Positions 51,701 to 63,700 of a stretch of 64,000 nucleotides of DNA are shown here, in pieces. Position 1 is the stretch's first letter, and every line of letters begins with the position of its first letter. The DNA is from Botryllus schlosseri (lineage: Eukaryota). A program made the translations under genes and the position numbers. Under the pieces are notes generated by a model that did not search any database, had not been told where the DNA came from, and was given only the letters and a program-made list of their open reading frames with translations. Location: contig CM119379.1 of the NCBI GenBank assembly GCA_051294905.1, positions 19,964,001-20,028,000 on the forward strand, given 5' to 3'.

Positions 51701-54700
51701 GAAGCACTGGTCATGGCATTCCTCACCGGAGTAGGCACAGGGCATTCGACGGCTAAAATCGCCACAAGCTCAAAAGCAAATTCCCCTCAAACGCAAAATC
51801 GGCTTACCTGTGCAGAAAGTGAACTCGGGCTGCGGCATAAATTGGCCGGTCGCGTCGCAGGTGAACGTGACGCTTTTTCTTCGGGACTCTGTCTTAAACC
51901 AATATCCCTCGTCGCACATAGCGGTTATTGATTCGTTAAAGTGGAAGGATCCCTCCAAAGATCGACTGAGCTGTGCGTTGATGGAGGGCGCCTCGTGGAA
52001 AAAGCACGATTTTTCTGAACAATATTGCAGTATACAATTGAAGGAAACATTCATAATGAAATAAACACGAATATTAGATAAAGAAAGTTGATACACGAAG
52101 TTCCTTTGAATTCTACACCAGTTGACGTTTAACCCTGACGAGTGTCAGCCGATAATATTCGGGTATATTTCAATATGAATATATCATTCTATTGGATACT
52201 GAAGTTCTGTACCTCCAAGAGTGTCTTCAGATATTAAAGTACCGTAATTTTCCAAGTATAGTACGCACCCCTAAAATAGCATGTAAATTCTGGGAAATAG
52301 CCTGTACCCATGTATAGTACGCACCCTGCATTTCAGTACATGAATAGTTCCGATTTCGTATATGATGTCATTCTGTTTTGCGATGTCACTCTTGAACAAT
52401 CATTACACAAAGTTAGCTAATCATTATACAATTAGCGGGATTGTCTTTAAACGATAGTAGATAGCAGCCAAAGTCGCGACATCTTGAGCACGAGGAGACC
52501 TTTTACAGATGCGATTGCTAATCATTATACAATTAACGGTATTGTCTCTAAACTATAGTAGATAGCAGCCAAAGCCTGCGAGGCCGGCGGCGAGTTAGTT
52601 TAGGCCAACGAACCTACATCTTGCGCACGATGCCTATTACACATGCGATTGCGCCTAGGCTAACGGTTATGTCATGCGCAACATCTCTGTTGGAGATGCG
52701 ACTGATTACGCAAGCGATTATATCTTGCGCACATGGCCTCTTGTATATGTATAAATTGCATATGCGATTGTTCAGGCCTGTCGTTGACGCGATGAATTGG
52801 CGAGAATTGCCGCGCGCGAGTGTCTATTAGCGACCTAATTTTGCTCGCGTACAAACGGCAAACCAACTCAGCAGGAGATCGCGTGCTTTTGCACACGATT
52901 CTCGTTAATTGGCAATACGCTTCCCACTAATTACTACGCTCGATAAATGAAAGTGATACACGATTGGAAACAAACATGAAGATTGGTGTGATTTCAAGTT
53001 TTTTGTCGAGGGAGAATTTTTCAAGGCTTGTTGTACCCATGTATAATAAGCACCCCCCTATTTTAGGGCAAAAAATCGTGAATTTTGCGGATTATACATG
53101 TAAAATTACTGTATCACTTAGGAAAAGGATATACAAAACGAATACTTACGAGTGCAAGCGGATGCTGATTGATCGGGTATTGAAGTTCCGTCGCTTTGGC
53201 AGACTGTGGAGAAAGTAGTCACCGACCCGGAGCCATCGTTAAATTCGTGCCCCCGGTCGCATTCATAGACGATGGTTTGGTTTTCCGAATACACAGCGGG
53301 AGAAACCAGCTCATGCGCATTCAAGGGCAGGGTCGGCCGCTCGCATTGGGATACTGCCATAAGGTAAATCAACAAGATATCAGACACAAAATTAAAATTA
53401 GTCTGACTACAGTAGTCTTCTGTATCCGATAATCATCGATGCCGAATTGAATTGGTATGAAAAAGTTAGTAATCACAATATCCTACGATAATAGACAATA
53501 ACAAATGATGTGGTTTCATTACTGAAGTGCCATATTTTCAGTATGCGAAGCACACAACATACACAGCAGTGCTAAATGCATTATATTCAGGACTGGCCAA
53601 AATCACTCATTATGACATCACATGAGTTACGATAACATGGACAATTTAAATATGTACCTTTTTCACAAAATAAATACTGACATATATACTGCACATAAAG
53701 ATAATTTGGTATTTTTCGCCACCAAACCTACATCATAGCACTTGGTGACAATGCTGTTAGTTGATCACGAACTCACAGAAAAGTGAATAGATTTTTACTA
53801 CATGATTTTGATGCGGTTGAGGCTTCAACGCTTCCACGTCGGGAAAAAAAGCATTGCAACTATACTTTGCATTGATAAAATATCTATTAGTGCAAAGCGT
53901 TGAATAATTTCAGTACCCGAAAAAATCCACTCGAATCAAGAACGTTTTCAATGAATACAGCTTTACAAAGAGTTACCTTTGCATACAATTTTCTCCGGAG
54001 ACCATTGCGCATTGTTGACGCTGCAAATAATCACCCCGTTCTTGACGCCTCGACTTTGATCGATCCAGTGTCCGTCTTCACAAAACACTTTTCTGTGGGC
54101 CCCAATATAATTCGGACCATTCACAAGAACACCGTTGGGTACTGGATCAGGACTTGGACAGTACTCCACTGTGGAAATTCATAGTTTATTAAAGATATCA
54201 CATAGAAATATACAGGAATTCAATTCTATTCTATCATGTAAATTCGGTGATATTCTTACATTTGCAGATTATGCTTGCGGGTGATGGGCTCCACGTGCCG
54301 TCACCTTGACACGATACTACTTGCGATATTTTACCAGGACTGATCCACATGCCCGTGAAACACAGGTACGTTACCGTTTCACCTGCCACAAAAAGACGAA
54401 CCATTACTTCCAAGACTTGACGACAACCTAAACACCATCACTCACCAATCGCGTACTCATAACTTGCAGACTTTTTAGCCAGTTCATACGCCGAAGACAC
54501 AAATCCCGGAGCCGTGCAACTTACGGCTGCCAGTATGAAACATAAGAAAGTGAAATTATCGTAATGAATCGGATAACATTAGCCAACCGACCTTTGCACG
54601 AAATGCTATCCTTGCTAGGCCGGAACGTGCCGTCTGAATGACAGGTGATGGGTTTCTCCAGCTCAGCAGGGCCGAACCAATAGCCTTCATCGCATTTGTA

Positions 54701-57700
54701 GCTGTACACAAAGGACAGGGGCACTTTTTCAGTAAAATTATCACAGTTTGGATGAAATATGTATAAAATAATCAAGTTTTAATTCCATCGTGAATGAGCA
54801 GGCCAATTCTTATACATTTTAACAATATATTCATAATATTGTATTTGTTTCTAAGATGTCATAATTAGTAGCATGCAGTGTAATTATTAGAGCTTCTTGG
54901 AGGTACAGAATTCGATTACCCCCGACGAGTGTCAGTCGAAATATTCGGGTTCATTTCAATAGGAATATACTATCCAATTGCATATTGTAATTATAGTTGG
55001 ATTTTTGAAATTCCTCATATGCTGATGATTGCCAATAAAAAGTGTCCGGTTGAAAAGCTTCAGTTGTAATATATTTACATTATGAATACATTATGAAATG
55101 CATAGGGAAGTTCTGCACCCCCCTTAAAATTGCACCACACATAACTGATTTAAAAGACATCTGCTTCAACATGCCACAAGGTGATATACAGTGCAGGACA
55201 CGGACACATGTTAGAGAAATATGTCCGATATAAACAAGGTTACACTCAGAATCGGACGGTAAAAAGTCTCTAACATAAATGGATGAATAAACCCACCTGA
55301 CAATATCTTGATAGCCGATGAAACTCTCGGTACTGTAAGTGGCATGTTCCAAATCACCGGGATCTCCACATTCAACAGCTGGATTGATATGAACAAGTTA
55401 TAAAATCAGTAATCAGTAGGGCAATTTTTTGACATATCAAAAATTGTCAAAATTTTATCGAAATTGTATCGTTAGGTCAAAAAATTGTAAGAATCATTTA
55501 CAAAGTAATTTTTTTTGCAACCGGCATTTCGCTTGTATGATAGGTGTTTGCACTGTTGGTGAACTTATCATTTGACATTTTACAGATTGTAGCCTTCTTT
55601 ATAGGCCTACCGTTGTAGACGGCCAATTATACGCTCATTGCGAATCATATACGGCCAAAAGAAAGAAATAGGTTGACCCGGTGTTATGCTCAACATACCG
55701 CAACATCCAAACTGAGGCGAGACTGTGTGGGCATTGGTTGTTATATCAAGAAGCGCATGATGAAAAACTGTGATGTAGACAGCATTGTCAGAATGAAGCA
55801 ACACGTTGTGTCGCCAGCAGTGTACGCACAACTTCAGTGTCGCCAGCTAACAACTGCTGCTGTTGAACGTTCTTTCTCCATTCTTGGCAATCCACTTGGG
55901 TAAGGACAGACACTTTCTACCCGAGAATGTAGGAAAGTATCTTTTGTCGTACCGCAATAAATTTTAGTTATTTTTACCATAATGCGTGATGTAAATACTG
56001 GAATTTTTTATAGGTCCAGATTTCGTTAAAATAAAGTTTTTGGATGTAAAAACTTGTCAGATTTCAAGTCAAAAAAGTTTATTGAGGCCAAAATATTTCG
56101 TAAGGGCAGACAGCTCCAACCAGAAATGAGGATAAGTAGTACAATTCTAACATTATGTGCGAAAAACACCGAATTTATATAAATAGGGGAAAATTTTTGT
56201 CAAAATTAGCTTTTTAAGGCAAATTCAAAATTTTGATTTCTTAGGTCACAATTTTCCGTTTTTTAGGTAACAAAATATCGCCCTAGCAATCAGATATTTC
56301 TAAAATGCTCATAGACTCACGAAGACAGGTAAATTCAGAAGGATCCGGGTCCCAAATGGCTTCCGAGGTACAAGTAGACTTTGCCTCGTATTTGCCTTTC
56401 GAAATCCAGTGCCCTATAAAGAGATCAAAGTGATTGTGCGGAAATAAAAATTCAATTCCACTGATTTTGTATTCAATTTCCACACAACAGCAGAGGTTGT
56501 CATCGTTTCTACTCTAGGTAGAAGTAACACCGTGAAATTGTCTCAATTACAAGTAGAAGTAGCTATTTCAAAACATATCAAAAGTATTTCGAGTATACGT
56601 ATAAAAATGAAGATATGAAATATACTCAAGTCTTAAAAACGAAAAATGACACTAGAAATCGGTGCAATTTTAGAAAACACTCATGCACTGCGATAAATTG
56701 GCTCTTTGGTCTTGTTTCCATGGCAATTTCACCAATAAAAACGATGCAAGCATGTCTCAAAACGACTTTCCACAAAATTCACTGTGTAAAACTTAATTAA
56801 CTTTGCCTAAAAACGCCAAGTAGGAGTGGGGAATTCTACAAATTTACTCAAAAGAAATATAAATTTTGAATACCCCTAAAACAACTACAGCATACGTACC
56901 GAGGCTACACTTGTACGTAATGGTTTGCAAGTAAGTCCATATCAGTCCGATCGTCTCAGCGTATTGAACGGGCGGGGGCGGCGGACAAATGATACCTGAT
57001 GTAGGCAAATCATAAGTCAGATAGAACGTGGAATCGGTCAAAAAATCTTACTAACCGACGCATTCTATTGCATCTAGTGACGGGAACCAATTTCCAGTCT
57101 CGTCACAAGTCACTTGCAATTCCAGTTTGCCGGGAGACACTAATTTTCCTGGACCGCACGAGTATACGGCTTTTGCACCAAATTCCGTGTTTGGAGATAC
57201 TGCAATGGATCATATATTTCTAATATTTGTTGACTTTGATATGAATATATCCGCCTTACTTAACGTGTGCAGGGTATTTGGCAGGTCAGGCAGAGGCGGG
57301 CACATCTGCACCGTGCATTTTATATCTTGTGGCGGCGGGGACCAATACCCAAATTTTGTGCAGTACGAGGACACCGACAAGAAACCATCTGCGGGGAACA
57401 TTAAATATTATCCGCAGTTACTCAAGTTTTGAAAATATATCACCTTTAGCTGAGCAGATTGAGTTGGCGTCTATGCTCCCTTGTATGGTCCAGCTGCCAA
57501 GCACGTCTGTGTAGCTATCGCCTGCGGTTACGTGAACGTTATTGGTGTTCTGTTGTGTTCTGGAATTGTAAAACAGTTTACGGTAGATTGAAAACTGTAC
57601 TGTACATTAGGGGTCTTCAAAAAATGACTTTTTTTTTTCTCAAATGGTACTGGCTACATGATAAAATTGTTAGGTTACCTAATTTAAGCCTACACACCCA

Positions 57701-60700
57701 ATTTAGTTCAATTCCAGCCAGTAGCCGCATTGCTACAGGAGAACAAAATTTTCTGTTCACCCTATGAAAGTGTCAGGTTGTCTATAGAAACGATGTCCAC
57801 CAAATTTGGTTCGATTCCAACCAGTGGAAGAGGAGTTATTGCCGTCGAAAAATTTGGATTATCAATAAAATAGTATTTACGGTGACCAACTCTTTGATTA
57901 TTTATTATAGGTGTGCACACTGTAAATACTATTTTATTCAAATACAAATTTTTTGACGGCAATAACTCCGCTTCCACTGGTTGGAATTGAGCCAAATTTG
58001 GTGAACATCGTTTCTATAGACAACCTAACACTTTCATGGGGTGAACAGAAAATTTTCAAATTTTTGGTAATTTATTTTTAGATATTAAAAATTAAATAGA
58101 AACTTTTTCTCCTATAGCAATGTGGATACTGGTTAGAATTGAACCCAATTTGGTGTGTAGGCTTAAATTAGGTAACCTAACAATTTTATCAAGTAGCCAG
58201 TACAATTTGAGAAAAAAGTCATTTTCGAAAGCCACTACTGTATGACGTACGTACATGCTATGATTATACATAAATTTTATAAATTTCGTCATAAATCACA
58301 TTTTGCAATGGAAATATATCTTGATTTGGCTCGAATCTGGTGAATTTTGAAGTCGCCTGAATTGTAAGATATATGCTTTGCTTTTGGTCTTTATAAGTTT
58401 CTTCAATGAAAACATGACACGGGTATCAGCCAACGGAAAAGCCATTGTCGAATAACAGTTTGACTTGGAAGCAATGGAAGCTAGTTCCTAATTACACAGA
58501 CATACACCGCCACCACACACCAAAGCATAACAACACAATTGACAGATGAGATGAGCTAAAAATGTAAAGAAACAGTTCCAATATATAATACCTGATGTAG
58601 ATAGGTGGACTAGCATCTTTAATTGCCAGTAGCAGCTTGTTTCCAGACATAGTCGGACACGTCCACAATTGCCTATAAAATCCAGAATTAGTATATTCAG
58701 AGACAGCGCAATTAAAAGCAAACCTTTCATCGGTAATCTTGCAAGGCTTCAAATACGCGACCGCCGATTCACCATCACTCATTCGAGCATCTCTTCTATT
58801 GATCGCCAGACACATCTGACGTTAAAAACACTTTTTATAACAAGCACAAAGAGTAAGTAGCAGCGTAGGAACAAACCTGTGTTCCAACATTTCGTATTAG
58901 ATATTCATCTTCCCACATCCATGTATATTTCTGATCTCTCCACAAGCATTCCTCAACTAGAACGAGCTTATTGCCATCCGCAGCCAGACATCCTTCGTCG
59001 TTTGGATGGTAGATTTGAAAGCTATTGCGAATTTCATAACCTGAACGACAAAAACTTCTAGTCGGAAGAGAAACAGAAGATTGGAAGTACTCAATAAGCT
59101 CTAAACTGCAGTAGAAGATAAATCAAATTGAAAAATTCGTCTATCGAGTGTTGTTACGAATACGCGTAGTTTCTAAACAGATATTGTGTTTGTGATTCTA
59201 CCAAAATTGAAAACAATGATATTACCGGTTTCATGGCACATGTATTGTAATTCGTGCGCGAACAGGAAACTAGAGCTGTTGCCTGCATTCAGATAACTGC
59301 CGTCACCACTTGGCTCTGGATCAGGACAAGTTATGTCTGAAATAGAACATGCAACATTTGACGGCTATCAAACATCACCATTGACGTTAAATTTCCATAC
59401 TTTGACACCATGCAACAGTTGGATCTGGCGACCATTCGCCTTTATCGTTGCACTGAATCGGGGTTCGAAGTTCGACGAGAGAAAAGCCGAGGTCACAAAT
59501 TATCAGGATTTCCGCGAGATATCTGCAATATATCTCATAATCACTCGTATCAAATCAGTAGATACTCAGCTCACCTGTAACTCGTGACGACTATTCTGGC
59601 ATTTGGTTGCTCCGGTGGTTTTGGACAAATCAAAGCTGGGCAAAACACAATGTAATTGGTTGAGAATTCTCATGAAATAGGATTGACATAGTGCTGTGAT
59701 GGAATGATATAAAAACTTGAAGTCAGATTCAATATGACCCGGCTAGCAATAAACTAGGTACACTGCATATAACCAAGGCATGCTTAAACCAGGGTTGTAA
59801 TGACTCGACTCAAGATATTTTGTGACTCGGCATGACTCGAGTCAACTTATCAAATGTGTTAAATGACTCCACTCGAGTCATTGTGCATGACTCGAGACTA
59901 GGAAGGCCAAGACAGACATTTCAGTGTAATTTCGAAGAATAGCAAAGTCACCACATTATTTGTATTTCGTCTATCAGTCCTGATACTTGGAAAATAGGGC
60001 TGTGTTCGGACTGAGGAAAATAATGATGTTATGAATGCGAGACATTCTATGTCACTCGAGCAGAGTTGAAAAAGTGGGCTGAACCGCGTTGAACTCAAAA
60101 CTCAGCAGTGAACACAATGACTTGGACTCGAGTAACGAGTCTCTACTCACTGACTTGCTACTTGGTTACAACCCTGGTGTGATCTACCTCTAGAGATGGT
60201 CGAATTAGCCAACATTGCACTCATACAAGCGGAAGCAGCCGTTTCCAAAACATAGAAAACCATTTCCAGTAGAAGTAAAAAAGGTCTGAAACTATTCAAA
60301 GAAGCTTTATCAAGTAAATTTGGTTGAGGTGTCCAACACTTTTAGCAATACATCTGCGAAAAGCTACTTTTGAAATTACAAGATGCAGATTTTCAACGGC
60401 GCGAACTGACCGATCAAACTAGAAATCGATAAATTTTCAAAATTATGCTATGCTACCACGATTCAGCATCTATTTCGTGTGTTTGCTTTGATAATTTCCC
60501 TCAGAAAAGAGATGCAAACCAATCAAAAAACTAATTTTTACTTTACATAAATCATAGGTAAGTGGTGAATGTAGGTAAATCCCTCTCGAATACTCCAAAA
60601 AAGTAGTAATTCCTTAGTGACCACCCCTGCTTATGTACGTCCAATAATAATCTACTTTTCCAATCTAAAATTCGGCTCTGGCTAAAGTCATCACAAAACC

Positions 60701-63700
60701 TATAAATGCAAGATGACAAGCATGAGCTTACCTTCGCAAATGACATTCTCCAAAGGATCAGGCTCCCACGTTGCATTCACGCTGCATACAAATCCGGTCA
60801 CATTGCCACGACCCTTAGCCACCCAATACCCGGGCAAGCACTGATACATCACTTCCGAGAGATACGTGAAATTAGATCCGACATATTCGGCGTAAGGTAC
60901 CCGAGGAGGATAGGAACACGTGGTAGCTGGTCAAGACAGGCTAATTACAAGAAGTACCCGATGAAAAAGTTGATTTCAACTTACTTAGACACTCAAAATT
61001 ATTCGGGTCAGGACTCCACAGCTGACTCTCATTACAACGACTTTTACGGGTAAAGTCCATCGGCTGGCGATCCATTGACGTTCCTACATCGCATCTGTAT
61101 AATACCACATCTCCATACTTGAAACCTACTGGTGGTGTTGCAGTCAACATGGAACCAGACGCGATAGATGGCGGATTAGGACAGGAGAGTTCTAAAAACA
61201 ATGTTTTTAAGATGAGATGTGGCAAGATAAACACCTATCAATCATACAGGGCATGATAGCTCTAAAAGCAATGTGTTTATTGAGACGGTTTGCGACCAAT
61301 TTCAACACTCAAATCTAAACAATACAAAGGGAATTGACAAGCCTCATCAAAAACTTCACATATCGATTGTAGTTGGATTTATGATGTCATTTTGAAACTC
61401 AGAAGAAACAAATTTAACAGTGACTGAGAGAGAGAGGAAGAGTTTATCTATTTTTTAACCATGAGATACACAAGGTAATATTAATGACCATGCAAGTCAT
61501 GAAATGATAATTGACATTAGATAAGAGAGGCTACATGACTGAAGTCTCCCATCCATTTCTACCATCAGTTAATTGGGAAAATTAAACGATTAAGGAAAAT
61601 AATATACTGTACTTTCACAAAGCCATGAAGATGAATTTCTGTCCCAGGCGATTAAAGTATCATTTGCCGAGTTGACGCAGTTGATTTTATCTTCCAACAT
61701 ATCTGGATCGCCGTTTATTCCATATCCCGTGTCGCAATGAATGAGAACCCCACGTCCGTCTCTTCTCCAGTCCTCGTAGATTGTGTATGCGTTTGCGGGA
61801 ACCGGTGGTGGTGAACACGTGTCATTCAATTCTTAATATGATATTGTGCTTTCATAAAGTCAATGCTAATACGTTTCGAATGGTATCATACTTTGCTGAC
61901 ATGCATAGTAGTGAGGGGTTAAGCAGCTTCTTTCTTCGAGACCTATTTTATCGTCTCCCAATACAGAATATGTGGCACACCACGGAGCGTACTGGACGCT
62001 TTTGATGATATTTTTGTTGGCGTTGCCCCTGTTTCAGATGTGTTTCGTTACAGACTATGGGAACACAAAATACACAGTTCAAAATAACTGATGAAGATTG
62101 ACAATGTGCAATATAAGAAGGGTGAATACGTTAGGTGGATAATTATTGTCATGGTATTGTAAATGAAAAATCAAGGGCATCAGCCAGGGTTGTAATGACT
62201 CAAGTCACGACTTTCTAATGACTCAAGTCATCTTCTCGAAATATGGAAATGACTCTATTCACACAGATTGACTCGACTTGGACTCGAGTCATTGCGCATG
62301 ACTCGGACCAAGTCATATGACTAGAGTCTCAGACGGCCAAGACCGACTATGCATGGTTATTACGAAGAATAGTAAAGTAACCACACCGTTGGTATTTCGC
62401 CTATTGGTACTGGTACTTGAAAATGTGACCAGAAACCGTTGAAAGTGAGGAAATTAGTATATTTTAAATGAAAATCATTCGAGACTCAAGTCATAATACC
62501 ATGACTCGGACTCGACGCTCTGCAGTGAACTAAGATTGACTCGACTTGACTCGAGTCAAAACTTTAAAAGTAAGATTGACTTGTGACTCGGAGCCTTGCG
62601 ACTTGGTTACAACCCTGGCATCAGCTCTGTTCCACCAACTCATCGAGTCACACTTGCCTGAAGCACCACACTACTTTGGCATTAGCATTTGAAGTATTGC
62701 ATTGGAACATTCCATCCGCATTAATTGTTTGAGCACACGCGTCGTCTCGGAAATTCATAATTCCCATTTGGCCTCCGTCAAGAGTAGCTCCACAAAAACA
62801 ACCGTCCTGCATTCCGGTTTTTATCGCAGCTTTCAACTCGATTCCCCTCGCAATACGCCCGCCTGCAAGAGATGTCTTCTTCATAAAACACAGCCATCGA
62901 ACATAAAACCCAAACGCCTCACCGTGCAAGTGACACGCAGCTGCCATTTCCTCATTATCAGCAAACACCTGATCGTCGGGCAGTTCAAAGAACTCGCAGC
63001 TATCCCCGGTTGCGGACATTGGTCTGTACCCAGCTTTTACGACAGCAAATACGTTTTCTGAGATGTAAAATAAAGAAATGACTGCAGATTCCTTGAAATG
63101 GCGAATGGTCAACAAGTTAATGTATTAATATTAACGAAGCAGTTTCCAACAGAACGTAGGTATTGGCTCTGGATTAGCTTTAAATATCTTAACAAGTTCC
63201 ACACTAATGCATAAACAAATAAATGCTAACCTGATGGTCTGTGCCACTCATCACAAAGATACCTAGTAGTTGTAGTTTGGTACATGGACGAGCAATTGTA
63301 TTCATAGTATTTCCCGGCAAGATGTGAACGATCATAAGGTTCAATCTGCAGGCGGGCAGTATAAGGGTGATGATTTGGATTTGTACAACTGCTGAAAGCT
63401 ACATACCTTATCGAAAAGAATGCTATAGGAATATTTTCGAAGCTTGATATGATACGGGTTTTTGGAACGACACGTCCAATGCTGCAATTCATCGGTGTAG
63501 TTGCAATTAAGCACTCTTAATCCGGGTATGATATCTGAACAGACATACTGGTTTGGATACCTTTACGAAAAACAAAAATTAACCTATATGCACAGCAATA
63601 TCAATCACAGATTGGACAAGACCCTTAGATATCTACCTTGCAGAATAAAAATCTCATTTACCTGACTGTGTATCCCCTTCCACTTGGAACGGTGCGGTCA

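Noticed and set aside
63346-63406. ORF 63226-63492 read as a continuous sushi domain (SCTNPNHHP...)
   Set aside because: This segment is a 61-nt intron (AAG|GTATGT...CTGCAG); the flanking exons read as ricin-domain sequence.
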